Shown in pieces: positions 40,172 through 49,144 of a DNA stretch of 64,000 nucleotides. Source of the stretch: Pirellulales bacterium (lineage in GTDB: Bacteria > Planctomycetota > Planctomycetia > Pirellulales > JAICIG01); NCBI GenBank assembly GCA_963786255.1, contig CAWAYY010000042.1, positions 35,751-99,750 of the forward strand, in the 5' to 3' direction. The translations under genes and the position numbers were made by a program. Each line of letters starts with the position of its first letter. Within the stretch, counting starts at the first letter, position 1. The notes under the pieces were generated by a model, which worked only from the letters and a program-made list of their open reading frames with translations, was not told the DNA's origin and ran no database searches.

Positions 40172-40912
40172 GTGAGCTGGCAAACGTTCCTGTTTCTATT
40201 GTATTCCGCGGTGGCCTGCGGGTTCGCCTTGCTGGTGGTGCTGTCCAGCAACATCGTTCGCATGGCGTTCTACCTGGTCGTGTCGCTCGGGGCGACGGCC
40301 GGGTTGTTCTTTCTGGCCGGCGCCGATTTTGTCGGCGCCATGCAATTGATGATCTACGTCGGCGGTACGTTGGTGCTGCTGGTGTTCGGCGTCATGCTTA
40401 CGGCCCAAGGCCCGTTCGTTTCGATGAAGACTCGCGGCGGCGACTGGATTCTGGCCGCTTTGCTGGCCGGCTCGCTGTTGGCATTCCTGGCGCCGGCTGC
40501 GTTCAGCGTCCGCGACTGGACCAATGCGCCCGAGCACGGCGACGAGGAGCATCATGCCTCGGTCGGCGAACGAAAGGGCGGCGCCCGGTTTCAGTTGACG
40601 GCGTCCGACAAGGACAAGGCGGCTGAAGAGGGCGAGGCGCCGGAACACGCCGAGGCCGCGCAGCATGATGTGGCCGATGCCGAAGAGCACGCTGAAGCGG
40701 CCGCGGCGACGCCCGTTCAAAAAGACACCGCCACACGGCTGGGAATGGGCCTGCTGGGCGCTCGAGTCGATCGGTTGGAAGATCGTCCCGAGGAACTGAA
40801 GCGCGGGATGTCGGGATACCTGCTGCCGTTTGAAATCGTCTCCGTACACTTGCTCGTGGTCCTGGTCGGCGCGGCTTATCTGGCCCGCACCAAGCGCCGC
40901 GCGACAAGCTAA
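40172..40912 (+). CDS. nuoJ: NADH-quinone oxidoreductase subunit J (246 aa, with a roughly 75-aa His/Glu/Ala-rich insertion)
   Basis: The GTG lies 2 nt after the nuoH stop. ...VVLSSNIVRMAFYLVVSLGATAGLFFLAGADFVGAMQLMIYVGGTLVLLVFGVML... and the C-terminal LLPFEIVSVHLLVVLVGAAYLAR. Confidence 0.8.
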   Translation: MSWQTFLFLLYSAVACGFALLVVLSSNIVRMAFYLVVSLGATAGLFFLAGADFVGAMQLMIYVGGTLVLLVFGVMLTAQGPFVSMKTRGGDWILAALLAGSLLAFLAPAAFSVRDWTNAPEHGDEEHHASVGERKGGARFQLTASDKDKAAEEGEAPEHAEAAQHDVADAEEHAEAAAATPVQKDTATRLGMGLLGARVDRLEDRPEELKRGMSGYLLPFEIVSVHLLVVLVGAAYLARTKRRATS

Positions 40913-40924
40913 AGGTCTGACTGC

Positions 40925-41257
40925 ATGGAACCTATCGGCGTTTCGCATTTCATGGTCGTCGGCGCGATCATGTTCGCCTCGGGCGTGGTCTGCATGGCCA
41001 CCAAGCGCAACGCGCTGGGCGTGCTGATGGGCATCGAGCTGGTGCTCAACGGGGCCAACGTCAACTTCGTGGCCCTGTCGAGCGAATTTCTCAGCTCGAA
41101 TTCGGGCCGAGGCCTGGGGCTCGACGGCCAGTTCATCGCCTTGTTCGTGATTGTGCTGGCTGCCGCCGAAGCGGCCGTGGCGCTGGCCATCACGCTGAAC
41201 TTCTACAACAACCATTCGACGGTCGACGTCGATCGTGCTGACGAGTTGAAGGGCTAA
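40925..41257 (+). CDS. nuoK: NADH-quinone oxidoreductase subunit K
   Basis: 110 aa: ...GVLMGIELVLNGANVNFVA.......GQFIALFVIVLAAAEAAVALAI. Confidence 0.85.
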   Translation: MEPIGVSHFMVVGAIMFASGVVCMATKRNALGVLMGIELVLNGANVNFVALSSEFLSSNSGRGLGLDGQFIALFVIVLAAAEAAVALAITLNFYNNHSTVDVDRADELKG

Positions 41258-43710
41258 TGGAACTATCCTCGCTACTGCCGACGCTGCTGGGCATCGCCTG
41301 GCTGCTGCCGCTGGCTTCCTTCACGCTGATCGTGCTGTTCGGTCCGCGGATGGGCAAGCACGGATCCGGAGCGGCCTACCTGGCGACCACCGCCATCGTC
41401 ACCGGCGCCGTTTGCTCCTGGATGTCGCTGGCCTTCTGGCTGGGTGGTTACGGCACGAAGCCGGCGGAGGAGCATGGCCCGGCCCATTCCGTGGCGGCGG
41501 CTCATGCGGCAGCCGGCCACGAAGAAGCTGCGAAAGACGGCGAAGCGGCAGAGCACGACGATGCCGAACAGCCGCACGAGGCGCTGCCCAAGGCCTACAC
41601 GGCCGATCTTTACACGCTCGGCCAGTTCGGCTCGCTGAAAATCACCATCAGCTACTACATCGACGCCTTGACCGTCGGCATGTTCGCCATGGTCACGCTG
41701 ATCGCCTCTTGCATTCACTTTTACGCGATCGGCTACATGCACGATGAGTTGCACGACGTCACCGACCACGAAGTGACGCTGGCCAACGGCGAACATCTGC
41801 ACCGTCGCGGCCGTTTTCACCGCTTCTTCCAGTACCTGTCGCTGTTCTGCTTCAGCATGCTGGGGCTGGTCTATTCCGGCAACATCGCGATGGTGTTCGT
41901 GTTCTGGGAGCTGGTGGGCATCTGCTCCTACTTCCTGATCGGCTTCTACATCGAGCGCAAAAGTGCTTCCAACGCGGCCAATAAGGCTTTCATCGTCAAT
42001 CGCGTCGGCGACTTTGGCATGATCATCGGTTTGATGGCCCTCTGGGGCAGCCTCGGCACGTTTGCCTTCGGCGACGTCAAGAACGCCGAAGGTCAGGTCG
42101 AACCGGGCATCTTCAGCCAGATGCGAAAGGCCTCCAACGACTATCGCCTGGAAGTGCCGGACGGCATGGTTCGCTCGGCCGCCTTCGATGCCGTCGGCGA
42201 AATCGCCGTCGACCATTCGTTCGCCGGCAATCCGGACGCGGCGGCTTCGGAAATTGACGCTCGCTTGCCCGAGTGGCGGTCCAAGCACGTCGGCTACTGG
42301 CTGCTGGTGGTCGCCGGCGTGGGCATCTTTTGCGGCTGCGTCGGCAAGAGCGCCCAGTTTCCGCTGCACGTCTGGTTGCCCGACGCCATGGAGGGCCCCA
42401 CGCCCGTCTCCGCTCTCGTACACTCGGCCACGATGGTCGCCGCCGGCGTTTACCTGGTCGGCCGCTTCTATCCGGCCTTCGCCCCGGAAGTGTTGCTGGT
42501 CATCGGTTATATCGGCGCCATTACGCTGTTCCTGGCGGCGACGATCGCCATTACGGCCACCGACATCAAGCGCGTGCTGGCCTATTCCACGGTCAGCCAA
42601 CTCGGTTACATGATGTTGGCCCTGGGGGTCGGCGGCTGGGTGGCCGGTTTGTTCCACTTGATCACGCACGCCTTCTTCAAGAGCTTGCTATTCATGTGCT
42701 CCGGCTCGGTAATCCACGCCACGCACACCAATGAAATGCCAAAAATGGGCGGCCTGCGGAAGAAGATGCCGATTACGGCCTACACCATGCTGGCCGGCTG
42801 CCTGGCAATCATCGGCGCCGGCGTGCCGTTCCTGATCGGCTTCAGCGGGTACTACTCGAAGGACGCGATTATCGCCCAGGCGTTGTCCTTCTCGCTCAAG
42901 AATCCGACGCACGGCGCCGTGTTTTTCTACGCCGCTGCGGGCGGCGCCGCGATCACGGCCTTCTACATGTTCCGGCTCTGGTATATGACCTTTGCCGGCG
43001 AGCCGCGCGACCATCACATTTACGATCACGCTCACGAATCGCCGCGCGTGATGTGGGCTCCCCTGGTGGTGCTGGCCGCCTTCGCCACGTTTGTCGGCTG
43101 GACGGTTCCGAATTGGTCGCCGCTGCTGGGCGGACTCGGCGTGCAAAACCTGCTCGAACAGGCACGTCCGGCGGGCGAGGTCGGGCAAGGCGTGCTGCTG
43201 CCGGCGCTCGCTTACCCGAACGAGCACCTCAGCCACGGCCACAGCATTCACGTGCAGGCCACGCTCTATGCATTCTCCACCGCCCTGGCCGGGTTCCTGC
43301 TGGCCACCGTGTTTTACGGCGTGCGTTGGTTGAACGCGGAAGACGTCAAGCAGCAGTTCTATCCGATCTACCGCTTCCTGCTGAACAAGTGGTACTTCGA
43401 TGAGCTCTATGAGATCCTGTTCGTGAATCCCGCCCATTTCGTCGCCAAGACCGTGGCGATCTTCGACCGGCGGATTATCGACGGCTTCATCGACAACCTG
43501 GCGCGGTGGACGCGACGTCTGGCCAGTCTCGACGACATGATCGACCGCTATTTCGTAGACGGGCTCGTAAACCTGACCGCGGCCTGGACCTGGTCGCTCG
43601 GCACGTCGCTGCGCGGCTTGCAGACCGGCAAGCTGCGACAATACGTGATGCTGATCGTAATCGGCACGGTGGCCCTGACTATCCTGATCAATTTTGCTTC
43701 GGCGAAGTAA
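41257..43710 (+). CDS. nuoL: NADH-quinone oxidoreductase subunit L (817 aa, with lineage-specific insertions)
   Basis: The ATG overlaps the nuoK stop (TAATG). WELVGICSYFLIGFY...ANKAFIVNRVGDFG...GKSAQFPLHVWLPDAMEGPTPVSALVHSATMVAAGVYL... Confidence 0.9.
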   Translation: MELSSLLPTLLGIAWLLPLASFTLIVLFGPRMGKHGSGAAYLATTAIVTGAVCSWMSLAFWLGGYGTKPAEEHGPAHSVAAAHAAAGHEEAAKDGEAAEHDDAEQPHEALPKAYTADLYTLGQFGSLKITISYYIDALTVGMFAMVTLIASCIHFYAIGYMHDELHDVTDHEVTLANGEHLHRRGRFHRFFQYLSLFCFSMLGLVYSGNIAMVFVFWELVGICSYFLIGFYIERKSASNAANKAFIVNRVGDFGMIIGLMALWGSLGTFAFGDVKNAEGQVEPGIFSQMRKASNDYRLEVPDGMVRSAAFDAVGEIAVDHSFAGNPDAAASEIDARLPEWRSKHVGYWLLVVAGVGIFCGCVGKSAQFPLHVWLPDAMEGPTPVSALVHSATMVAAGVYLVGRFYPAFAPEVLLVIGYIGAITLFLAATIAITATDIKRVLAYSTVSQLGYMMLALGVGGWVAGLFHLITHAFFKSLLFMCSGSVIHATHTNEMPKMGGLRKKMPITAYTMLAGCLAIIGAGVPFLIGFSGYYSKDAIIAQALSFSLKNPTHGAVFFYAAAGGAAITAFYMFRLWYMTFAGEPRDHHIYDHAHESPRVMWAPLVVLAAFATFVGWTVPNWSPLLGGLGVQNLLEQARPAGEVGQGVLLPALAYPNEHLSHGHSIHVQATLYAFSTALAGFLLATVFYGVRWLNAEDVKQQFYPIYRFLLNKWYFDELYEILFVNPAHFVAKTVAIFDRRIIDGFIDNLARWTRRLASLDDMIDRYFVDGLVNLTAAWTWSLGTSLRGLQTGKLRQYVMLIVIGTVALTILINFASAK

Positions 43711-43724
43711 CCCTTAGGCGCACC

Positions 43725-45509
43725 ATGGAATCGCAGTACCTGACTCTGCTTAGCTTGATCGTCTTTCTGCCGGCCGCTGGCGCGCTGACGCTGGCCTTCC
43801 TTCCCAAGAACAAGCCGGAGCTGATCAAGCTGGTCAGCCTGTTCATCACCATCGCCGTGTTCCTGATCACGCTGTGGATGGCCATGGGCGGCCAGAATGC
43901 GGCCGAGACCGGCAAGTTTCAAAAGGGCCTGGCGGAAATGCAGGACGCCTTCAGCGTTTCCTGGATCCCGTCCTTCAATATCTATTACATGATGGGCCTG
44001 GACGGCATCAGCTTCACGCTGGTGCTGTTGACCTCGTTCCTCAGCGTGCTGGCCATGGGGGCCAGTTGGACGATCAACAAGCACGTCAAGGCGTACTGCA
44101 TTCTCTACCTGCTGCTCGAGACGGGCATGTTGGGCGTGTTCATGGCGCTCGACTTCTTCCTGTTCTACGTGTTCTGGGAAGTGATGCTGCTGCCGATGTA
44201 CTTCCTGATCGGCGTGTGGGGCGGCCCGCGCCGCGAGTACGCGGCGATCAAGTTTTTCCTTTACACGCTGTTGGGCAGCGTGTTGATGCTGATCGCGATC
44301 TTGATGCTGTACTTCAACAGCGATCTGCGCGTGCTGGCCAAGACCGACGGCTTTGCTCCCGGCGAATCCGGCTGGAATGAGCTGCATCTGGAAAAGGACG
44401 TGACGGCCAAGGTGCAAGCCGAGGAAAGCGCCCAGCCGATCCACACGTTCAATATCCTGGCCTTGGCCAAGATGGGACAGCACACCAGTTTGTTCGATTC
44501 GCCGATTCTGCTGAACAAGTCGCTGCAGTGGTGGGCCTTCGTGCTGCTGTTCATCGGCTTTGCCATCAAGGTGCCGATCGTGCCCGTCCACACCTGGCTG
44601 CCCGACGCGCACGTCGAGGCGCCCACGCCGATCTCCATGATCCTGGCCGGCGTGCTGTTGAAGATGGGCGGCTACGGGATCATCCGCATCTGCTATCCGA
44701 TCTGTCCCGACGCAGGTTATGATCTGGCGTATGTCGTGACGTTCATCGGCGTGCTCAGCATGCTCTATGGCGCGTTTGCCGCTCTGGCGCAAAACGACTT
44801 CAAACGCCTGGTGGCCTACAGCTCGGTGAGCCACATGGGCTACGTATTGCTCGGCATCGGCGTGTGGAGCGCCGTGGCGGGAACGAACTACAATCCGGAA
44901 TACTGGCAATTGGGCATGAACGGGGCGATGTTCCAGATGATCGCCCACGGCATCAGCTCGGCCGGCATGTTCTTTATGGTGGGCGTGATTTATGACCGCG
45001 TACACCACCGCAACCTGAACGAGTTCGGCGGCCTGTTCGCCAGGTCGCCCGTCTACAGCGGCCTTGCCTTCGGCATCTTCTTCGCCGGTTTGGGTCTGCC
45101 CGGCTTGTGCGGGTTCATCGGCGAAGTGTTCGTCACGCTCAGCGTCTGGAACTACTCGCACGCCTTGGCCGTGATCTCGGCGGCAACGGTAATTCTGACC
45201 GCCGGCTACATCCTGTGGACGCTGCAGCGGGTCTACCTGGGACCCGAGTACAAAGGTCCGCACGGAGACGAGATCACGCCCATCAGCCTTCGTGAGCTGT
45301 CCATTGCGGCGCCCCTGTTGGGCTTTGCCATCTTGTTCGGCGTCTATCCGCGGCTGGTGTTCGATTACATGACGCCGAGCGTGAACCGCGAAGTCAGCGA
45401 ACTGGCCGACTGGACCCGCGAAGTGAAAGAGCCGCGGTTGCGGCTCCAGGAAGAATCGCTGCAAGCTCAAGACGATGCGGAAGAGATGACTTTGGGCATG
45501 GTCCGCTGA
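43725..45509 (+). CDS. nuoM: NADH-quinone oxidoreductase subunit M
   Basis: The ATG at 43725 gives MESQYLTLLSLIVFLP...MGLDGISFTLVLLT...FYVFWEVMLLPMYFLIGVWGG...KVPIVPVHTWLPDAHVEAPTPISMILAGVLLKMGGYG. The longer track ORF (43506) overlaps nuoL. Confidence 0.9.
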   Translation: MESQYLTLLSLIVFLPAAGALTLAFLPKNKPELIKLVSLFITIAVFLITLWMAMGGQNAAETGKFQKGLAEMQDAFSVSWIPSFNIYYMMGLDGISFTLVLLTSFLSVLAMGASWTINKHVKAYCILYLLLETGMLGVFMALDFFLFYVFWEVMLLPMYFLIGVWGGPRREYAAIKFFLYTLLGSVLMLIAILMLYFNSDLRVLAKTDGFAPGESGWNELHLEKDVTAKVQAEESAQPIHTFNILALAKMGQHTSLFDSPILLNKSLQWWAFVLLFIGFAIKVPIVPVHTWLPDAHVEAPTPISMILAGVLLKMGGYGIIRICYPICPDAGYDLAYVVTFIGVLSMLYGAFAALAQNDFKRLVAYSSVSHMGYVLLGIGVWSAVAGTNYNPEYWQLGMNGAMFQMIAHGISSAGMFFMVGVIYDRVHHRNLNEFGGLFARSPVYSGLAFGIFFAGLGLPGLCGFIGEVFVTLSVWNYSHALAVISAATVILTAGYILWTLQRVYLGPEYKGPHGDEITPISLRELSIAAPLLGFAILFGVYPRLVFDYMTPSVNREVSELADWTREVKEPRLRLQEESLQAQDDAEEMTLGMVR

Positions 45510-45593
45510 CAAGAAGAATCCGCCTTTCGGGCGTCGCGTAACCCGGCTCGCGGGAACCGTCGCTCCGCTGGCGTTGGAAGAAAGCCGCCAATC

Positions 45594-47351
45594 GTGAACC
45601 TCGATAAACTGCTCGAACATCTGTTGACCGACACGCTCGACGCCTCGGTTCCGGGCTTCAAGCCGGAACTGACCTTGTGCGTCACGATCGTGTTAATGCT
45701 GCTGGCCCGGTTGCCAAGCTGGGGCCGCAAGCTGAACGCGTTCTATATCGCCCTGCCCGGCGTGCTGGTTGCCTTGTACTATGCCGCGCCCTGGGTTCTG
45801 CTGCACACGCTCGAAGGAAGAACCGAGCTGTTCACCGGACTGCTGGTCTACGACAAGCTGACGGTCTTCTTCCGCAGCGTGTTGCTGGTGTTCGCCGTGC
45901 TGTTTCTGCTGCTGACGCGGCTGACGGGAATACCCGACCGCGAAGACAGCCCCGATTTCTACACGCTGGTCCTCGGTTCCACGCTCGGCATGTGCGTCAT
46001 GGCTTCGGCCAATCACCTGTTGATGGTGTTTCTGGGCGTCGAAATGGCCAGCGTTCCGTCGTACGCTCTGGCGGGCATTCTGAAGGGCCGCCGGCAGAGC
46101 AGCGAAGCGGCGCTGAAATATGCGATCTACGGCGCCGGGGCCGCCGGCGTGATGCTGTATGGAATCAGCTTACTGGCCGGCGCCTTGGGCTCGTGCCATC
46201 TGCCGACCATGGCTCATTTGCTGGCCACGCTGCCTGCCGATGCATTTGCCGAACGGCAGACCGTGCTGACGCTGGGCGGGCTGATGGTCTCGGTCGGCTT
46301 GGCGTTCAAACTGTCAGCCTTCCCGTTCCATTTCTGGTGCCCCGACGTGTTTGAAGGCGCCAGCGCCGAAGTCAACGCCTTTCTGTCGGTGGCTTCCAAG
46401 GCCGCGGCCTTGGGCTTGCTGGTCCGCGTGGCGTTCGGTTTTGCGCACGTTCCGAGCGACCTGCAGCCGCCTGTCCCGGCGGCCGAAGCCGAGGCGGCGG
46501 TGACGGCGAAGCAGAAAGTGCATCTGGTCTCGTATCGGGCGGAGGAAGACGCCGGCGAGACAGAGACGGATGACGTCGAAGGCAAAGCCGACGATAAGGC
46601 TCCCGCCGTCGAACTTGAAGAAGCGCCGCTGGCCGAAGGCGCCGTCGGCAGCCCGGGTTTGGCTCCCGTGCGGCGTTATCTCATCGGCTTGATCACGCTC
46701 TTCTCGGCGGTCACGTGCACGTTCGGCAATCTGGCGGCGTACAGCCAGACCAATATCAAGCGACTGCTGGCCTATTCCACCATTGCCCACGCCGGGTACA
46801 TGATGATGCCGGTGGTCGCCGCCGTAGCGCTGTTAGGCAATCAGCCGGCGGAGGCCGAAGCGGCGATCTCATCGTTGGCCGTGTATGTGTGCGTCTACCT
46901 GTTCATGAACCTGGGCGCCTTTGCCATCGTGGCCTTCCTGCGGAATACGATGCGCAGCGAGGAAATCGCCGACTACAGCGGGTTGATCTACTGCTGCCCC
47001 GGCGTCGCGGTTTGTTTCACATTGATCCTGATCAGCCTGATCGGCTTGCCCCCGCTGGCCGGCTTTGCCGCCAAATTCCTGGTGTTCGGCTATCTTGCCG
47101 CATCACACCAGTATCTGCTGCTCGCGATCGGCGGCATCAACACGGCGATCAGCCTGTTCTATTATCTACGGGTCATTAAAGTGATGACCATCGACCCGGA
47201 GCCCGAAGACCGCCTGCCGATCCGGCTCCCGATGCTTTCGTTGGCGGGCATCTATATTCTGGCCATGACGTTGCCCGTCGTGGTGCTCGGCGTGTACTGG
47301 AACGATCTGAACACATGGGCACAGGCGGCGGCTCGAGGCCTGCTCTCCTGA
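45594..47351 (+). CDS. nuoN: NADH-quinone oxidoreductase subunit N (585 aa, with a roughly 80-aa acidic insertion)
   Basis: A GTG start gives ...FLGVEMASVPSYALAG.......EAALKY.IYGA.....LYG.S......FKLSAFPFHFWCPDVFEGASAEV.AFLSVASKAAA... Confidence 0.9.
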   Translation: MNLDKLLEHLLTDTLDASVPGFKPELTLCVTIVLMLLARLPSWGRKLNAFYIALPGVLVALYYAAPWVLLHTLEGRTELFTGLLVYDKLTVFFRSVLLVFAVLFLLLTRLTGIPDREDSPDFYTLVLGSTLGMCVMASANHLLMVFLGVEMASVPSYALAGILKGRRQSSEAALKYAIYGAGAAGVMLYGISLLAGALGSCHLPTMAHLLATLPADAFAERQTVLTLGGLMVSVGLAFKLSAFPFHFWCPDVFEGASAEVNAFLSVASKAAALGLLVRVAFGFAHVPSDLQPPVPAAEAEAAVTAKQKVHLVSYRAEEDAGETETDDVEGKADDKAPAVELEEAPLAEGAVGSPGLAPVRRYLIGLITLFSAVTCTFGNLAAYSQTNIKRLLAYSTIAHAGYMMMPVVAAVALLGNQPAEAEAAISSLAVYVCVYLFMNLGAFAIVAFLRNTMRSEEIADYSGLIYCCPGVAVCFTLILISLIGLPPLAGFAAKFLVFGYLAASHQYLLLAIGGINTAISLFYYLRVIKVMTIDPEPEDRLPIRLPMLSLAGIYILAMTLPVVVLGVYWNDLNTWAQAAARGLLS

Positions 47352-47473
47352 TACGGCGGAGCGGACGGCCGCCAGAAAACCGAAGTGATGCAGCCAAACG
47401 GTTGTAAAGGCTGCGATCGTCGGCTGAGTCGCCCGCGCATCCGCCAACGCATCTAATAGGAGTCTGGATTCCA

Positions 47474-47905
47474 GTGATCGGCAAGGCAAACGTGATCGAA
47501 GAGCTGAATCGGCTGCTGGAGATCGAGTATCGCTCGTTCCCGATGTACCTGGGCGATGCGTCGCCCTGGACCACCCAGCAGGATGAAAGCGCTGCCGATG
47601 CGCTGAAGAACATCATGGCCGATCAGCAGGCCATGTCGCAGCGCATCGGCGAGCTGATTCTCCAGCTTGGCGGCCGGATCGATCCGGGCGAGTACCCCAT
47701 GCAGTTCACCGACACGCACTTTCTGTCGCTGGAGTACCTGTTGAAAGAATTGCTCTGTTACCAGCGCCAGGACGTGGCCGACGTCGAGCAGATCGTCGCC
47801 CGCCTTGCTGGGCAGCGCGAGGCTCGCGAGCTGGCCGAAGAAGTTTTGGGCTCCGAGCGGGCCCACCTGGAAGCGATCGAGGCACTGCAAGCGCAGCCGG
47901 CGTAG
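47474..47905 (+). CDS. ferritin-like (four-helix-bundle) domain protein, function unknown
   Basis: 143-aa ORF with a GTG start: VIEELNRLLEIEYRSFPMYL...LKNIMADQQAMSQRIGELI...EYLLKELLCYQRQDV...LAEEVLGSERAHLEAI. Assignment is by helical-repeat pattern only. Confidence 0.5.
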   Translation: MIGKANVIEELNRLLEIEYRSFPMYLGDASPWTTQQDESAADALKNIMADQQAMSQRIGELILQLGGRIDPGEYPMQFTDTHFLSLEYLLKELLCYQRQDVADVEQIVARLAGQREARELAEEVLGSERAHLEAIEALQAQPA

Positions 47906-48091
47906 CGGAATCCGTTAGTACCTAGCGAGAGTTCCTGAGACAAACCGCGTCGCCGAGGCGGGTCAGTCGTCGCCCGTGTTCGCTTCTGCATCGTCCGCAC
48001 TGGATGAAAAGCCGATCGCCGCTTCAAGCAGACCAGGGCAGGCTGGTCGGGTTCCATTTCTGCTGTTTGTGTTCACGACGGGAGCGCCGCC

Positions 48092-48866
48092 GTGCCGGAA
48101 TTGTTTGATACGCACGCGCATCTGGATCAAGCGGAGTTCGACGCCGATCGCAAGGAGACGATTGAGCGAGCGCGAGCCGCGGGCGTCAAGATAATCCTGG
48201 CCGTGGGCGCTACGGCGGCCAGCAGCGCCGCCTGTCTCGAGCTGGCGGAGCAGCACCCGGATATCTATGCGGCGGTCGGCATTCAGCCAAACTACTGCGC
48301 AGGCCGCGCCGGGCGATTGGGACGCGGTGCTGGCCCTGTCCCGCCGGCCGCGAGTCATCGCGCTCGGCGAAACGGGGCTTGATCGGTACTGGGACTACAC
48401 GCCGCTGGACGTGCAGCAGGACTGTTTCGACCGGCACCTGCGACTTTCGCAACAGACCGGGTTGCCGTTCATCGTGCACACGCGCGAGAGCGACGCCGAC
48501 GTGTTGGCCATGCTCCGCGAGGCCCGCTTACGCGGCCCGCTGGCGGGCGTGATGCACTCGTTCACCGGCGGCAGCGAGACGGCCGCCGAATGCCTGGAGC
48601 TGGGTATGTATATCAGCTTTGCCGGCATGGTCACCTTCAAAAAGTCCGACGCCTTGCGGACCGTCGCCCGGACGATTCCGGCCGACCGGATACTGATCGA
48701 GACGGACAGTCCTTATCTCTCGCCGCACCCGCTACGCGGCAAACGCAACGAACCGTCGCACGTGCTGCACACGGCCGAATGCCTGGCCCGCGAGCGCGGA
48801 CAAACGCTCGACGCTTTCGCCGCCCAGACAACCGCCAATGCCCGGCGGCTGTTCCGTCTGGAGTAG
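48092..48866 (+). pseudogene. TatD-family metal-dependent hydrolase, frame-disrupted as sequenced (1 lesion near 48299)
   Basis: A GTG start gives MPELFDTHAHLD...AAVGIQPNYCA. The reading continues as ...VIALGETGLDRYWDYTP...Q..CF..HL.LSQQTGLPFIVHTRE...GVMHSFTG....A.ECLELGMYISFAGMVTFK......IPADRILIETDSPYLSPHP.RGKRNEP in ORF 48267..48866. Confidence 0.85.
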
Positions 48867-48896
48867 CGCCGTTCGCGAGCGTTTCCGACAACGCCC

Positions 48897-48964
48897 GTAG
48901 CGGAACTCGTGAGAGTTCCGTCGCCCCTTGCCGCAACGATCGGAATTCTCACGAATTCCGCTAC
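48897..48964. repeat. 24-bp inverted repeat (2 mismatches) made of two perfect 8-bp-stem/4-nt-loop hairpins
   Basis: GTAG-CGGAACTC-GTGA-GAGTTCCG (48897-48920), a 20-nt spacer, then CGGAATTC-TCAC-GAATTCCG-CTAC (48941-48964). It lies between the convergent TatD and sulfatase genes. Confidence 0.7.
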
Positions 48965-49144
48965 ACATCGCGTCTGCTAGCCCGGATTGCGCACCGAAAG
49001 GTCAAGGCGAAGCGCAAGCATGGCAGCGGCAATGAGTTGCAGGAAAGCACACTAACCCAAAGCGCGAGCGAGGGCTTTCGGCGCGATCCCCTTGGCACAC
49101 CCTCGCTTGCGTTTCGGGTTGGTGTCGTCCGTGCGCAATCCGGG

